Origin: an uncultured bacterium
GTDB taxonomy: Bacteria; CAIJMQ01
Direction of reading: 5' to 3'
DNA length: 16,221 bases
NCBI GenBank assembly: GCA_964573245.1
Contig: CAZNJA010000030.1
Span: forward strand, 1-16,221
Shown here: positions 1-8,102 of the stretch, one piece after another
How the letters are laid out: the number at the start of each line of letters is the position of its first letter
Position numbering within the stretch: the stretch's first letter is position 1
Translations under genes and position numbers: made by a program
The notes under the pieces: model-generated
What the model saw: the letters and a program-made list of their open reading frames with translations, nothing else
Told to the model about the DNA's origin: nothing
Databases searched by the model: none

Positions 1-81
1 ATGAGAATGGTAATCTGTTCCGTAAAACAAATCTTGGGCACAATCTCCCTTTTTAGAAACTACTCCAAAAATTCCGCTCAT
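1..81 (-). CDS. 5' end (partial, runs off window) of an amidophosphoribosyltransferase (PurF-like Ntn amidotransferase)
   Basis: Not in the ORF track. The reverse complement from ATG at 81 reads MSGIFGVVSKKGDCAQDLFYGTDYHSH, resembling the PurF N-terminus (xGIxG...) of the 'GTDYHSHLG' subfamily as I recall it. A GAGGG RBS lies just upstream. Co-oriented and downstream of carB. Confidence 0.75.
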   Translation of the reverse strand, partial: MSGIFGVVSKKGDCAQDLFYGTDYHSH

Positions 82-132
82 TTTTCCCTCGCTTTAACCT
101 CACTACGCTCGGTAGTTAAAAGTTTACAGTGT

Positions 133-206
133 AAAGTAACCAGTAAAAAAATAACTATACACTGCCTGCCCGCCAAATCTTAACAGGCGGGGTTACTGGT
201 TACTTT
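133..206. repeat. Composite palindromic element: perfect 14-bp inverted repeat enclosing a CCTGCCCGCC-N11-GGCGGG hairpin
   Basis: aaagtaaccagtaa (133-146) / ttactggttacttt (193-206); inner cctgcccgcc 165-174 ... ggcggg 186-191. Overlaps the carB stop codon. Confidence 0.8.
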
Positions 207-3200
207 TTTATACTCCTATGGTATTCCTGTATCGATTTTACGTTCAAAGAAGGATTCTTTCTAAGAATTCCTATCCCGTTAACCGAAGCTTGTGCGCCAG
301 CTATGGTAGTTATTAACGGCACATTATAAAGTATGCAGTGAGACCTGATTTTCGTTTCGTCTTCTTTTGTGGCTTTACCCGCGGGAGTATTTATCAATAG
401 GTCTATTTTCCCGTCTTTTATAAGGTCTATTATGTTTGGTCTTAAACTTTCGTAAAGTTTTGGCAATGTTTCGGTTTCTATTTTATTCTCTTTTAAGAAC
501 TCCGCAGTTCCCGAGGTGGAAAAGATTTTGAATCCGAGTCCAGCCAATTTTTTTGCGATAGGAATTGTCCTTTTTTTATCGGAATCTTTGACGCTGATAA
601 ACACGTTGCCTTCTTTGGGCAGTTGCTGCCCGGCTGCTATCTGGCTCTTTAAATACGCTATTCCGAAAGTGGAATCTATTCCCATCACTTCTCCCGTAGA
701 TTTCATTTCCGGACCGAGAATTGCATCTACCCCGGAGAAACGTATGAAGGGGAATACGGATTCTTTTACAGCAACGCAACTTACTTCTTTCTCTTTGGTG
801 AAGTTTAATTCTTTTAACGTTTTCCCGAGCATTATCTTCGTTGCAAGGTTGGCAAGAGGAACTCCTATGACTTTGCTTATGAACGGTACTGTCCTGCTTG
901 CTCTTGGGTTCACTTCCAAAATATATACTGTGTTGTTTTTGACGGCGTATTGGATATTCAATAGCCCCTTTACATTAAGTTCCTTAGCCAAAGCGTATGT
1001 GTTTTCCCTTATTGTTTTTACTATCTCTTTTGAAAGAGTGTATGTTGGCAAAACCATTGCGCTGTCGCCGGAATGGATTCCGGCCTCTTCAATATGTTCC
1101 ATTATGCCGCCAATGACACACGTTTCGCCGTCTGATATCGCATCAACGTCCACTTCTATAGCGTCTTCTAAAAATTTGTCGATAAGTATGGGATGTCCGG
1201 GTGAAACTTCGATTGCTTTCTCCATAAAGCCTTTAAGCCCCTCGTCATCATAAACGATTTCCATAGCTCTTCCGCCGAGGACATAAGAGGGCCTTACTAT
1301 TACGGGATATCCTATTTTATTGGCGACTTTTAGGGCTTCTTCAAATGACATAGCTGTTCCGTTTTCGGGTTGAATGAGATGAAGTTTTTTGAGCATTTTC
1401 TGGAATCTTTTCCTGTCTTCGGCTTTATCTATTGCGTCGGGAGTAGTCCCGAGAATTTTTACTCCGAGTTTGAACAAGGGAACCGCCATGTTAAGAGGCG
1501 TTTGGCCGCCAAATTGGACTATTATTCCTTCGGGTTTTTCCAAATCTATTATGTTCAATACATCCTCAACCGTCAAAGGTTCGAAATATAATTTATCCGA
1601 TGTGTCGTAATCCGTGGAGACGGTTTCGGGGTTGCAGTTGACCATTATACTTTCGATTTTTTCTTCCTGCAGAGCATATGAAGCGTGAACGCAACAATAA
1701 TCGAATTCTATACCTTGTCCTATCCTGTTTGGCCCTCCGCCTAAGATAAGCACTTTCTTGTTTTGGGATGGTTTATTTTCGTCCGTATCTTTACTGCATT
1801 GAGCAGGCTTCGGCTCATAAGTGGAATAATAATAAGGTCTTTCGGCTTTGAATTCCCCGGCGCATGTGTCCAAAAGTTTATAGGATGCTTTTATATTGTA
1901 GTTCTTTCTATAATTTCTCACTTTTTGTTCGGTGGAATTTAGTAAGTATGCTATCTGGATATCGGAAAAACCGTTTTCTTTTGCTTTTTTTAGAAGTTCG
2001 ATAGGAATTTCAATTTTCTCTTTTGTATTTTGCTTTCTGAATTTATTTATCTCTTCTTCCGTTTCGACTATCTGTTTCATATTATCTATAAACCATTTGT
2101 CTATTTTCGATAGTTCGTATATCTCGTCGAGGGAAAGCCCCATCTTCAAGGCGTATCTTATATAGAACAACCGTTCGTCATTGGGAATTCTTATCTTTTC
2201 TTTTATGGTCTCTATTAATTCCGTTGAATGAAGTTTGAGCATCTCGTCAGATATTTTATCTTTTCCGTCCACGCCCAGCCCGAATCTTCCCGTTTCCGTG
2301 GACCTTATTCCTTTTTGAAGCGCTTCTTTGAAATTTCTGCCTATGGACATAGCTTCGCCTACGGCTTTCATTGAGGTGTTTAAAGTCTTGTTGGCTTGAG
2401 GAAATTTCTCAAAAGTGAATCGGCATATTTTAAATACACAATAATCAACAGTTGGCTCAAAAAAAGAAGTTGTTTTGCCGGTAACCTGGTTCAAGACTTC
2501 GGGGAGCGTAAGCCCTACGGCAAGCTTTGTTGCCACTCTTGCGATGGGAAATCCCGTTGCTTTGGAAGCCAAAGCCGAACTTCTTGAAAGCCGCGGATTA
2601 ACTTCTATAATTACAATATGCCCGTTATCGGGATTCTGCGCAAATTGAATATTTGCTCCGCCTCCCGTCATATCAATCTTGCGTATAATCTTCTTTGATA
2701 GGTTTACAAACTGAGCGTATTCTTCTTTTGTCAGACTTTGAGATGGAGCAACCACAGCGCTGTCGCCGGTATGTATTCCCATTGAATCTATGTTCTCCAT
2801 TGATGTAATCATAATAACGTTATCAACGCGGTCCCTCATCACTTCAAACTCTATCTCTTTCCACCCCAAAACCGACTGTTCAACCAAAACCTGCCCGACG
2901 GGACTTATCTCAATTCCTTTTACAAGGAATAATTCCAATTCTTCCTTGTTATATGCAATAGACCCGCCGCTTCCGCCCAAACAATAAGCAGGCCTCAAGA
3001 TTAACGGGAATCCTATCTTAAGCCCAATCTTCATACCCTCTTCAACACTCGTTGCAATTCCGCTTTTTGGTGTATCAACCCCGATTTCCTGCATCGCTTT
3101 CTTGAACAAATTCCTGTCTTCGGCTCTTGATATAGCTTCCACGCTTGCGCCTATTGACTCAACACCGTATTTCTTAAGTATGCCTTTCTTCATCAGGAAA

Positions 3201-3499
3201 AATGCAAGGTTCAAACCTGTTTGCCCGCCCAGTGTAGGAAGAAGCGCATCCGGCCTTTCCTTCTTTATTATTTCGGTTATAACTTCAACAGTAAGCGGTT
3301 CGATATATGTCTTATCCGCCATTTCCGGGTCCGTCATAATGGTTGCAGGATTGCTGTTAACAAGGATGGTGTAATATCCTTCTTCTCTTAGGGCCTTGCA
3401 CGCCTGAGAGCCCGAATAATCGAACTCGCACGCCTGGCCTATAACGATCGGCCCGGAGCCTATCATTAAAATTTTATGTATATCAGTTCGTTTAGGCAT
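200..3499 (-). CDS. carB: Carbamoyl-phosphate synthase large subunit
   Basis: 1099 aa. MPKRTDI..IGSGPIVIGQACEFDYSG, two ATP-grasp halves (EVNPRLSRSSALASKATG; GPNRIGQGIEFDYCC; EVNPRASRTVPF), and a C-terminal MGS domain. Confidence 0.99.
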   Translation of the reverse strand: MPKRTDIHKILMIGSGPIVIGQACEFDYSGSQACKALREEGYYTILVNSNPATIMTDPEMADKTYIEPLTVEVITEIIKKERPDALLPTLGGQTGLNLAFFLMKKGILKKYGVESIGASVEAISRAEDRNLFKKAMQEIGVDTPKSGIATSVEEGMKIGLKIGFPLILRPAYCLGGSGGSIAYNKEELELFLVKGIEISPVGQVLVEQSVLGWKEIEFEVMRDRVDNVIMITSMENIDSMGIHTGDSAVVAPSQSLTKEEYAQFVNLSKKIIRKIDMTGGGANIQFAQNPDNGHIVIIEVNPRLSRSSALASKATGFPIARVATKLAVGLTLPEVLNQVTGKTTSFFEPTVDYCVFKICRFTFEKFPQANKTLNTSMKAVGEAMSIGRNFKEALQKGIRSTETGRFGLGVDGKDKISDEMLKLHSTELIETIKEKIRIPNDERLFYIRYALKMGLSLDEIYELSKIDKWFIDNMKQIVETEEEINKFRKQNTKEKIEIPIELLKKAKENGFSDIQIAYLLNSTEQKVRNYRKNYNIKASYKLLDTCAGEFKAERPYYYSTYEPKPAQCSKDTDENKPSQNKKVLILGGGPNRIGQGIEFDYCCVHASYALQEEKIESIMVNCNPETVSTDYDTSDKLYFEPLTVEDVLNIIDLEKPEGIIVQFGGQTPLNMAVPLFKLGVKILGTTPDAIDKAEDRKRFQKMLKKLHLIQPENGTAMSFEEALKVANKIGYPVIVRPSYVLGGRAMEIVYDDEGLKGFMEKAIEVSPGHPILIDKFLEDAIEVDVDAISDGETCVIGGIMEHIEEAGIHSGDSAMVLPTYTLSKEIVKTIRENTYALAKELNVKGLLNIQYAVKNNTVYILEVNPRASRTVPFISKVIGVPLANLATKIMLGKTLKELNFTKEKEVSCVAVKESVFPFIRFSGVDAILGPEMKSTGEVMGIDSTFGIAYLKSQIAAGQQLPKEGNVFISVKDSDKKRTIPIAKKLAGLGFKIFSTSGTAEFLKENKIETETLPKLYESLRPNIIDLIKDGKIDLLINTPAGKATKEDETKIRSHCILYNVPLITTIAGAQASVNGIGILRKNPSLNVKSIQEYHRSIKK

Positions 3500-3509
3500 A
3501 TTACTCTAT

Positions 3510-3592
3510 GATTCTAGATACTAGATTCCAGATTCTAGTTAATGAATTTTTTCTTTGTTTCTACAAGTATCCAGCATCTAGCATCAAGTATC
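3510..3592. repeat. Two inverted blocks of degenerate 7-mer tandem repeats in the carA-carB intergenic region
   Basis: gattcta-gatacta-gattcca-gattcta (3510-3537) faces caagtat-ccagcat-ctagcat-caagtat (3564-3591), whose reverse complement has the same GATNCTR-type unit. Confidence 0.75.
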
Positions 3593-3600
3593 CTTTTTGT

Positions 3601-4680
3601 TTATTTTTTATTCACCATTTTCAAAAATCTCTTAAACACCCCATTTACTTCATCAAACCCCGGACTGACCGGATAATATTGCACAGAGATAAATTTCAAT
3701 TTTTTACTTTCCATTTCTTCTATTGAATTATCGTTTACGTTGCGTAGTGTTATTTTAATCTCTTTTCTATCTTTTATTGAATCCTCATCCACGACAAAAG
3801 AATGGTTCTGAACCGTAATTTTACCCTTGAATGAATCGGGCGCTTTGACCGGATAATTTACTCCGCGATGTCCCAATTTCATTTTGTTAAGTTGCGCTCC
3901 TAACGCCAGCGCAATGACTTCGTGTCCGGTGGAAATTCCCAAAACCGGAATTTTACCGAGTATTTTCTTTATTGTTTCCACAACAAAAGGGATTGCTTCG
4001 TCGTCTTCGGGACCGTTTGAAATAATCATAGCGTCAAATTTCGATTTTAATATCTTATCGGCATCTGTATTGTAGGGCAGTAAAGTGATGCTGCAACCGA
4101 GCGTTTTCAACTGTTTAATAAAACTGTTGGTAATCCCCAGGTCCAATATAGCTATATTGAATTTGCCGTTCTGCGACTTGAGCTTCGTAATTTCTTTTAC
4201 GGAAATTTTCTTGATAAAGTCTTTTTTTCTGTTTTTTGCGGTTTCTTTTAGCTTATTGAGTAATATTGTTTCATCCGTATCCTGTGTAGATATTATGCCG
4301 CACATTTCACCGTTTTCTCTAAGGTGGACTGCAAGCGCTCTCGTATCTATGCCTTCTACTGCAACGGTTTTTTCTTTCTTTAAAAAATTTCCGAAACTGT
4401 CTTCTGCCTGCCAGTTTGAATATGTTCTGCTGGATTCTTTGACAATTAGACCTTCAATCCAACATTTTTTTGATTCGTTGAATTTTTCGGCTACACCGTA
4501 ATTGCCTATGAGGGGATACGTAAGGACTAAGATTTTACCTGCATTTGCAGGGTCCGTCATCATTTCCTGATAACCTACAACTGCGGTATTTAAGATAACT
4601 TCTCCGATTTTTTCGCCGCCTGCGCCGACGGCAATGCCTTCAAAACAACTGCCGTCTTCTAATACTAATTTAGCTTTCAT
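3601..4680 (-). CDS. carA: Carbamoyl-phosphate synthase small subunit, with glutaminase catalytic residues substituted
   Basis: 359 aa. AKLVLEDG, GYQEMMTDP, TYPLIGNYG, GIDTRAL, SNGP, GHRGVNYPV, QNHSF; adjacent to carB. Has GISTGH instead of GICLGH and QYYPV instead of QYHPE. Confidence 0.97.
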   Translation of the reverse strand: MKAKLVLEDGSCFEGIAVGAGGEKIGEVILNTAVVGYQEMMTDPANAGKILVLTYPLIGNYGVAEKFNESKKCWIEGLIVKESSRTYSNWQAEDSFGNFLKKEKTVAVEGIDTRALAVHLRENGEMCGIISTQDTDETILLNKLKETAKNRKKDFIKKISVKEITKLKSQNGKFNIAILDLGITNSFIKQLKTLGCSITLLPYNTDADKILKSKFDAMIISNGPEDDEAIPFVVETIKKILGKIPVLGISTGHEVIALALGAQLNKMKLGHRGVNYPVKAPDSFKGKITVQNHSFVVDEDSIKDRKEIKITLRNVNDNSIEEMESKKLKFISVQYYPVSPGFDEVNGVFKRFLKMVNKK

Positions 4681-4765
4681 CGGTTAATTTTTCAGGTAAA
4701 AGTTTATCAGAATTAATAGAGTTTAGCAAAAGCGCCTACTTAGCCGGACTGCCTCGTTACACAAT

Positions 4766-4799
4766 AAAAAAACCACGGCGCCTTCCACGGCATCGTGGT
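4766..4799 (-). terminator. Intrinsic terminator-like hairpin in the carA leader
   Basis: Minus strand accacgatgcc-gtggaa-ggcgccgtggt followed by a T run, about 85 nt upstream of the carA ATG. Confidence 0.65.
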
Positions 4800-4825
4800 C
4801 AAAATTTCTTCAACTAACGTGGAGC

Positions 4826-4855
4826 ATTGTAACATAAAAATATCACAAATACGAA
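4826..4855 (-). promoter_or_regulatory. Putative sigma70 promoter for carA
   Basis: Extended -10 TGtTACAAT (4834-4826); weak -35 TTCGTA (4855-4850). Confidence 0.45.
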
Positions 4856-5143
4856 GAAATTTTTTAAATTGGAACTACGTTTCAATTTATTCCGTAGAGT
4901 ATCAAACCCTCTGGAATTTTGACCCTCTGCAATTTGCACCCTGAAATTTCAGAGAAATTTCGGGTACTTAGTCCTTGAAATGCTATGCATTTCTAAGAGA
5001 AAAATTGCGAGGACCAAAATCCCGGGAATTCTCCGAATTCCTCGGGGAAAATATCGAGTTCTATATGCAAATATAATGAGGGAGATTTTTTTGATGGTTT
5101 ACGATACGGGTTTATTTAATATAGAGAGATTTGTTTTTTTGCC

Positions 5144-5170
5144 CCTGCCCGCCGTCGCTTTAGTGGCGGG
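5144..5170. repeat. CCTGCCCGCC-N11-GGCGGG palindromic element overlapping the mnmG stop
   Basis: cctgcccgcc gtcgctttagt ggcggg; same arms as the elements at 165-191 and 6634-6659. Confidence 0.8.
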
Positions 5171-7058
5171 TTTTACCTTTTCTTAGATACACCATCAAAA
5201 CGGCAATTGCAACGGGCGTAATACCCGATATCCTGCTTGCCTGCCCGAGATTTACGGGTTTAAACTGTGCAAGTTTTTCTTTCACTTCAAAAGAAAGTCC
5301 TTCAATATCTTTGTAATTTAAACCGGACGGAATCTTTATTTTTTCCAGATTTTTAAAACTCTTTATCTCAGCTCTCTGCCTCTTGATATACCCTTCATAC
5401 TTAACCTCAATCTCTATTTCACGCAAAACATCGCTCGGATAATCGGGAAGTTCTGATTTTATATTCTGTATTTTTGTGTGCGGCCTCTTGATAAACTGAT
5501 AAAGTTTTAATTTCTCACCATTAATAACAGTACTTTGTTTCTTCAGTTCTTCTATCCCCTCTTTAATCTTCTTCTGTTTCTCTTTCGTTTCTTCAAATGT
5601 CTTCTTATCAACCAACCCGACCCGGAATCCTATTTTTCTAAACCGCAGGTCAGCATTATCTTCTCTTAAAATAAGCCGGTATTCCACGCGCGAAGTAAAC
5701 ATCCGATACGGCTCGTTAGTCCCCTTTGTTATCAAATCATCGAGCAAAACACCGATATAACTTGTCGAGCGGTCCAAAACTAGTGGCGGTCTTCCTTTTA
5801 CTTTCAAAGATGCATTAATCCCCGCAATAAGCCCCTGCGCGCCTGCTTCTTCATATCCCGTAGTCCCGTTAATCTGTCCCGCCAGATACAAATTTTTAAC
5901 TAACTTTGTCTCAAGTGTGGGAAAAAGTTGCATTGAATCAACAATGTCATATTCTATTCCGTAACCGAACCGGTTAATCTTAACCTTTTCAAGTCCCGGC
6001 ACGGAATGAATAAATTTCTCCTGCATGTCCTCAGCCATATTAGTAAAAAACCCGTTAGGATAATATTCATCCGTATCCGTCCCCTCCGGCTCCAAAAATA
6101 TCTGATGGCGCGGATGCTGGGGGAACCTGATTATTTTTTCCTCGATAGACGGACAATACCGCACGCTTGGCCCGTCAATCTTTCCGCCGAATAAGGCCGA
6201 TGATTTCAAATTATCGCTGATAATCCTGTGCGTCTTCTTGGTAGTGTAAGTAAGGTAGCAAGGCATCTGCTTAAGATTAAGCTTTTCCGTAGAAAGAGAA
6301 AACGGAACAGGCGGTTTATCCCCGTCCTGAACCTGCATCCTTGAAAAATTAATTGTCTTTCCGTCCAGCCGCGCGCTTGTGCAGGTGCTGAACCGCAGAA
6401 GTTTAAAGCCCGCCTTTTTTAAAGATTTGGATAGTCCGCCCGTGGTTTGGGGCTCCTCAACCCTTCCGCCGGGTGAGCTTTTCATACCCGTGTGCATTAA
6501 TCCGTTCAAGAATGTGCCTGGTGTCATTACAACTGTCTTGGCCTGTATTTCTCCCTTGTTGGTTTTAATACCTTTTACAATATTATTCTTTATTATTAGT
6601 CCCGTAACTTCCGCTTCAAGTATTTCCAGGTTCCCTGCCCGCCGATTAGTAGTGGCGGGTTTTTGTTTCCCTATAACCTTCTGCATATAAAGGGAATATT
6701 TTTCTCTGTCCACCTGCGCTCTGGAACTCCAAACAGCAGGACCTTTTGAAGTATTTAATATTTTAAAATGTATGCCTGTGGCGTCGGTTGCTTTGCCCAT
6801 CTCACCGCCAAGCGCGTCAATTTCCTTAACGAGTTGTCCTTTGCCTATTCCGCCCACCGCAGGATTGCACGACAAAAGTGCGATTTTGTCCTTGTTGTAT
6901 GTAACAAGAAGCGTTTTGCATCCCATCCGAGCAGATGCCAGCGCCGCTTCGCATCCCGCGTGACCAGCGCCGATGACGATGACGTCGTAAGTCCGTTCCG
7001 ATGTAATATCGGAACGAGATCTCGCCATTTTGGGAATGGCGGATTTTCTATTTTTCAT
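5160..7058 (-). CDS. mnmG: tRNA uridine-5-carboxymethylaminomethyl(34) synthesis enzyme MnmG/GidA
   Basis: [75 protein letters not shown] prefer start 7058 (MKNRK) over 7097 because it aligns with the start and upstream motif of the duplicate at 11963. Confidence 0.97.
   Translation of the reverse strand: MKNRKSAIPKMARSRSDITSERTYDVIVIGAGHAGCEAALASARMGCKTLLVTYNKDKIALLSCNPAVGGIGKGQLVKEIDALGGEMGKATDATGIHFKILNTSKGPAVWSSRAQVDREKYSLYMQKVIGKQKPATTNRRAGNLEILEAEVTGLIIKNNIVKGIKTNKGEIQAKTVVMTPGTFLNGLMHTGMKSSPGGRVEEPQTTGGLSKSLKKAGFKLLRFSTCTSARLDGKTINFSRMQVQDGDKPPVPFSLSTEKLNLKQMPCYLTYTTKKTHRIISDNLKSSALFGGKIDGPSVRYCPSIEEKIIRFPQHPRHQIFLEPEGTDTDEYYPNGFFTNMAEDMQEKFIHSVPGLEKVKINRFGYGIEYDIVDSMQLFPTLETKLVKNLYLAGQINGTTGYEEAGAQGLIAGINASLKVKGRPPLVLDRSTSYIGVLLDDLITKGTNEPYRMFTSRVEYRLILREDNADLRFRKIGFRVGLVDKKTFEETKEKQKKIKEGIEELKKQSTVINGEKLKLYQFIKRPHTKIQNIKSELPDYPSDVLREIEIEVKYEGYIKRQRAEIKSFKNLEKIKIPSGLNYKDIEGLSFEVKEKLAQFKPVNLGQASRISGITPVAIAVLMVYLRKGKTRH
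6634..6659. repeat. CCTGCCCGCC-N10-GGCGGG element inserted in frame within mnmG
   Basis: cctgcccgcc gattagtagt ggcggg encodes ...PATTNRRAG... between KQ and NLEILE, where MnmG usually has a shorter linker. Confidence 0.75.
6990..7043. repeat. Two stacked hairpins forming a 54-bp in-frame insert at the mnmG N-terminus
   Basis: cgttccgat-gtaat-atcggaacg (6994-7016) and cgccatt-ttggg-aatggcg (7023-7041); both absent from the duplicate mnmG 5' end. Confidence 0.8.
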
Positions 7059-7166
7059 AGGGAGTATTTTATCATTATTGAGGTAAGCTGTCCGCATAGT
7101 TCGTTCAAGAAACTAACGGTGTTCTCCCCCTACATTTCTTCGAAATGAAACAGGGGGACAGGGGTG

Positions 7167-7216
7167 TTCGGTTATCGCGAAAACCGCAAACCGTTTTTAT
7201 CTTTACGATAACCGAA
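7167..7216. repeat. 11-bp inverted repeat
   Basis: ttcggttatcg (7167-7177) / cgataaccgaa (7206-7216). Confidence 0.6.
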
Positions 7217-7240
7217 TTTTCACTTAATTGAAAATTTAAG

Positions 7241-7261
7241 GGGGTATTTTAGCATTTTCGG
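7241..7261 (-). repeat. 21-bp direct repeat containing an extended -10 (TGcTAAAAT), copy 1
   Basis: ggggtattttagcattttcgg, identical to 11965-11985. Confidence 0.85.
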
Positions 7262-7492
7262 AAAGGGTAACGGTAACGAAGCCCGTATCGGTTAGTTGAA
7301 AAACAATGAGGACTGTATGATAATCAAACCTATTCTGGAAAGGATAGAGTGGAAGAAATTTTGATGTTAGGTTTTTGATAATGTACAAAAGATGTGGAAT
7401 AATAACAATCTTATGGTACAGTGAAAAATATTTTTGGAAAAGGAATTCTCTCAAAGTAGGACAATTTAAATTTTTTTGTACTTAGATAAAAA

Positions 7493-8098
7493 ATGATAGG
7501 GATTATCAGTCTTGTTTTAGGATTAATAGGTGCAATTTCCGCACTGTGGTATTTTTGGGAAAAACTGGTTCCCATGCGAAGATTAGGCTGGAAGTTTGCT
7601 GAAAAAGCTGCAAAGAGAATGGCAGGAGAAATGATTGCAGATAATTTTTCTCCTACTTTAATTGTTGGGATTGGTCGAGGGGGAGCAATTATCGGTGCCT
7701 TAATCTCGGGCTGTCTTGGTCATCGTCCCTTGATTGTCATAGATAGAGAATATACATGGGAAGGGGGGGATAGGTGTGATGATATGATTTTTGCCGTAGA
7801 TATACCCCAAAAATTTCTAACGAGGGTATTGCTTGTATCTGGAGAAGTTCACAGTGGAAACACAATGAAGTTCTATTGTGAATACTTCAAAAAACTTGGT
7901 GCTAAATCTGTCCGAAGAGCAACTTTCTTTTATGAAAAAGGAGCAACCGCAACAATTCATTATAAGGGATTACAATCGGCAAAAAAGCACATACTGATGC
8001 CTTGGATGTGTACAAAACAATATATGAGAGCTGATAGATGCCAACCAAGAAATACACCGATAGAAGATCCTCAACATTTCACTGAAGACGATAAATAG
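7493..8098 (+). CDS. N-terminal TM helix + type I phosphoribosyltransferase-like domain (Gpt-like), degenerate PRPP loop
   Basis: Hydrophobic residues 1-22; IVGIGRGGAIIGALIS; RVLLVSGEVHSGNTM (canonical VLxVDDxxDTGxT); C-terminal ILMPW. Confidence 0.8.
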   Translation: MIGIISLVLGLIGAISALWYFWEKLVPMRRLGWKFAEKAAKRMAGEMIADNFSPTLIVGIGRGGAIIGALISGCLGHRPLIVIDREYTWEGGDRCDDMIFAVDIPQKFLTRVLLVSGEVHSGNTMKFYCEYFKKLGAKSVRRATFFYEKGATATIHYKGLQSAKKHILMPWMCTKQYMRADRCQPRNTPIEDPQHFTEDDK

Positions 8099-8102
8099 AA
8101 GG

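Noticed and set aside
1-183. 60-aa plus-strand ORF
   Set aside because: Antisense to the purF-like start and runs through repeat DNA; no motif.
7059-7097. Longer mnmG start at 7097
   Set aside because: Would translate through the promoter-like motif; 7058 aligns with the duplicate's start.
516-7148. Numerous plus-strand and alternative-frame ORFs (e.g. 516-1253, 4085-4501, 6379-6690, 6768-7148)
   Set aside because: Shadows of carB, carA and mnmG with no independent coding signal.
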